NCBI GenBank assembly: GCA_024679065.1
Contig: JAGIQG010000021.1
Location: 30,318,001 to 30,382,000 of the forward strand
DNA length: 64,000 bases
Direction: 5' to 3'
Source of the DNA: Sphyrna mokarran
Lineage: Eukaryota
In this document: positions 62,068 to 64,000 of the stretch, one piece after another
Numbering within the stretch: position 1 is the first letter of the stretch
Layout of the letters: each line of letters begins with the position of its first letter
Made by a program: the position numbers and the translations under genes
Notes under the pieces: generated by a model
The model's database searches: none
What the model was told of the DNA's origin: nothing
What the model saw: the letters and a program-made list of their open reading frames with translations, nothing else

Positions 62068-63164
62068 GCTTCTTTCTTACAGCAAATAATCATTTCAATA
62101 TTCATCAGATAAAGAAACAAGCATGTTTGAGAGGAAAAGATGCATTGGTCTATTCAGTTTGTCCCATACAGTCCAGGTGCCTTTTCACTGAATGTACTGT
62201 ATTTAAAGCTGACATAGATTTTAAACATCTCATGGAATTGAGAGATCCAGAAACTGGATAGGAATGTAGTGTTGAAGCCAATGTTCAGCCAGGATCATAT
62301 TGAATGGTGTATCAGGCTCGACAGGCCTGGTCAACATCTATTGTTATTTCTTATGCTTTTATGTTTGAGGTATTACAATACGGATATTCCCTACTCACAA
62401 TATGGAATCTCCCCAGAGAACTGAAAGGTTAGATTTTTAAAAATATCTAGATCAGTCATCTAACGAAACCTGGAAAACTTCCTCAGGCATTGAAACCAAT
62501 TCAGATGATTAAATAGACATTAATTTGTGTAATAAGCTACCTCCGTCTTATCTGAGGTAACTTCCACCCTATACATAAACAGGCCCCACTCACTCTTCCC
62601 TAAAGGCCCTTGGCAAATAGACAATTGTCACATTTCTCTTGGCCTGTTCCATGGGCTCAATATTCTGGGGGAAAACAACAATCGCCAAACATCTAATCGA
62701 GTATTTCCCATGCATAAATCATTCCTCTAAATGACAAATAAATAATTGTCCCACATACATATAGCCACTATTTCAGAAATCTGTCAATTTGTCCCAGTGA
62801 CGATGTTTTCTAAAACATACACATGTAGCTCTTTAAGTTTAACCTCAGTAATTAAGTTGTTTTAAATTAGTAATTAGTATTATGCCCTCCTCTGCATCTT
62901 TTCTAAAGCCTCAGAATCCACAACCATGGGATGTAAATGAACCTGGACATAACATTCTGACTGGAACCTAACCAAACATGTTACAACATGCTGTGCTTTG
63001 TTTTATCTTGATTTGTTCTGTGAACATATCTAGAATACTATTCACTCTAGCTATAGCTTCATGGCATTAAACATGGATCTGATTGATGCAGTGTAATGAC
63101 TGAATCTTTATCCACTGGCTTCAATTAAGTCCTGTGTAAGATGTAAATATATCTCAGTGGCAGA

Positions 63165-63450
63165 GGCAATGGCATAGTTGTATTGACACTGGATTAGTAA
63201 TCCAGGGAATCATGGTTAGGTTCTGGGGACCCAGACAGATTGTGAAATTTGAATTCAGTGAAGAATCTGTAATTAGTAGTCTAATGATGACAATATAACC
63301 ATTGCTGATTGTTGTACAAACCCATCTGGTTCACTAATGTCCTTTAGGGAAGGAAATCTGCCAACCTTTAACTGGTCTGACCTACATGTGAGTCCAGATC
63401 CACAGCAATATGGTTGACTCCAAAACATCCTCAGGGATAGGCAATAAATT
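63165..63450 (+). mobile_element. tRNA-derived SINE (family of 1735-2060)
   Basis: Shared core and gcaataaat tail. Confidence 0.65.
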
Positions 63451-64000
63451 GTCGTGTGGAGTGGAGGAGGTAATTGGAAGAGAGTGGCACAAAAGACAGA
63501 GGGGAGGGGCGTGAAAACCATTAAAAAGTAGATAGGAAAGTACTGACCGAGGCAAATTGTTTGCTGTGTAGCTTTTAAAATTATGTGACATAACTGCAAC
63601 ATTCCATCACACTGGAGATGTAAAAATAAAAATGGCAACTCGTGTCTGTCACAGATCGCAGTTTACCGACAGATGGCATAAATCTTCCCATTTATGCTCT
63701 TTAACCCATCTTTCTGTTCATTTTTTTCTCTCAATTAGACTCTTCTCTTTTGTAGTAGGCGAGATTTACTGGGTCCATTCGCCGTGGGCTCAAATCCATT
63801 TACAGCTGCTAAACCTCACAAGAGGGCCATAACAAGATTTTCACTGGCAAGACTTTAATTTGCAATCTCTACCCACCTACCCACCACCACCACCCCCCAA
63901 CGCCCCCAGCCCCCTCCCCCACCCAGCCCTCTTCTCCACCCTGCCCCCCCCCCCCCTTCATCCAAGTGATGCGAACAGGGTCATGCCTAAAAAGGGTGTG

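Overview
Vertebrate genomic DNA, almost certainly a cartilaginous fish (shark), judging by the many HE1/V-type SINEs, CR1/L2/Rex1 LINE fragments, Penelope and Harbinger elements. The ORF track is mostly repeat-derived noise; the real genes are spliced. Hand splicing gives a head-to-tail minus-strand cluster of three paralogous type-I membrane Ig-superfamily genes (signal peptide, V, C, TM, short tail). Gene A is partial and runs off the window start, gene B encodes ~298 aa (11461-17660) and gene C 279 aa (25086-~40200). Their C domains and 7-exon layout look like B7-family PD-L1/PD-L2. Their V domains have lost the canonical F-strand Cys and C-strand Trp and gained an A-strand Cys. A and B differ mainly on the predicted ligand-binding face, and all three promoters share a 19-bp ISRE/AICE-like element. 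The right third (41-64 kb) has no confident gene. It holds a Penelope with a hammerhead motif, a Gypsy remnant, a Myb-only Harbinger, a ~13-kb-spaced inverted duplication and a fourth copy of the ISRE. All calls were made by eye without database searches.
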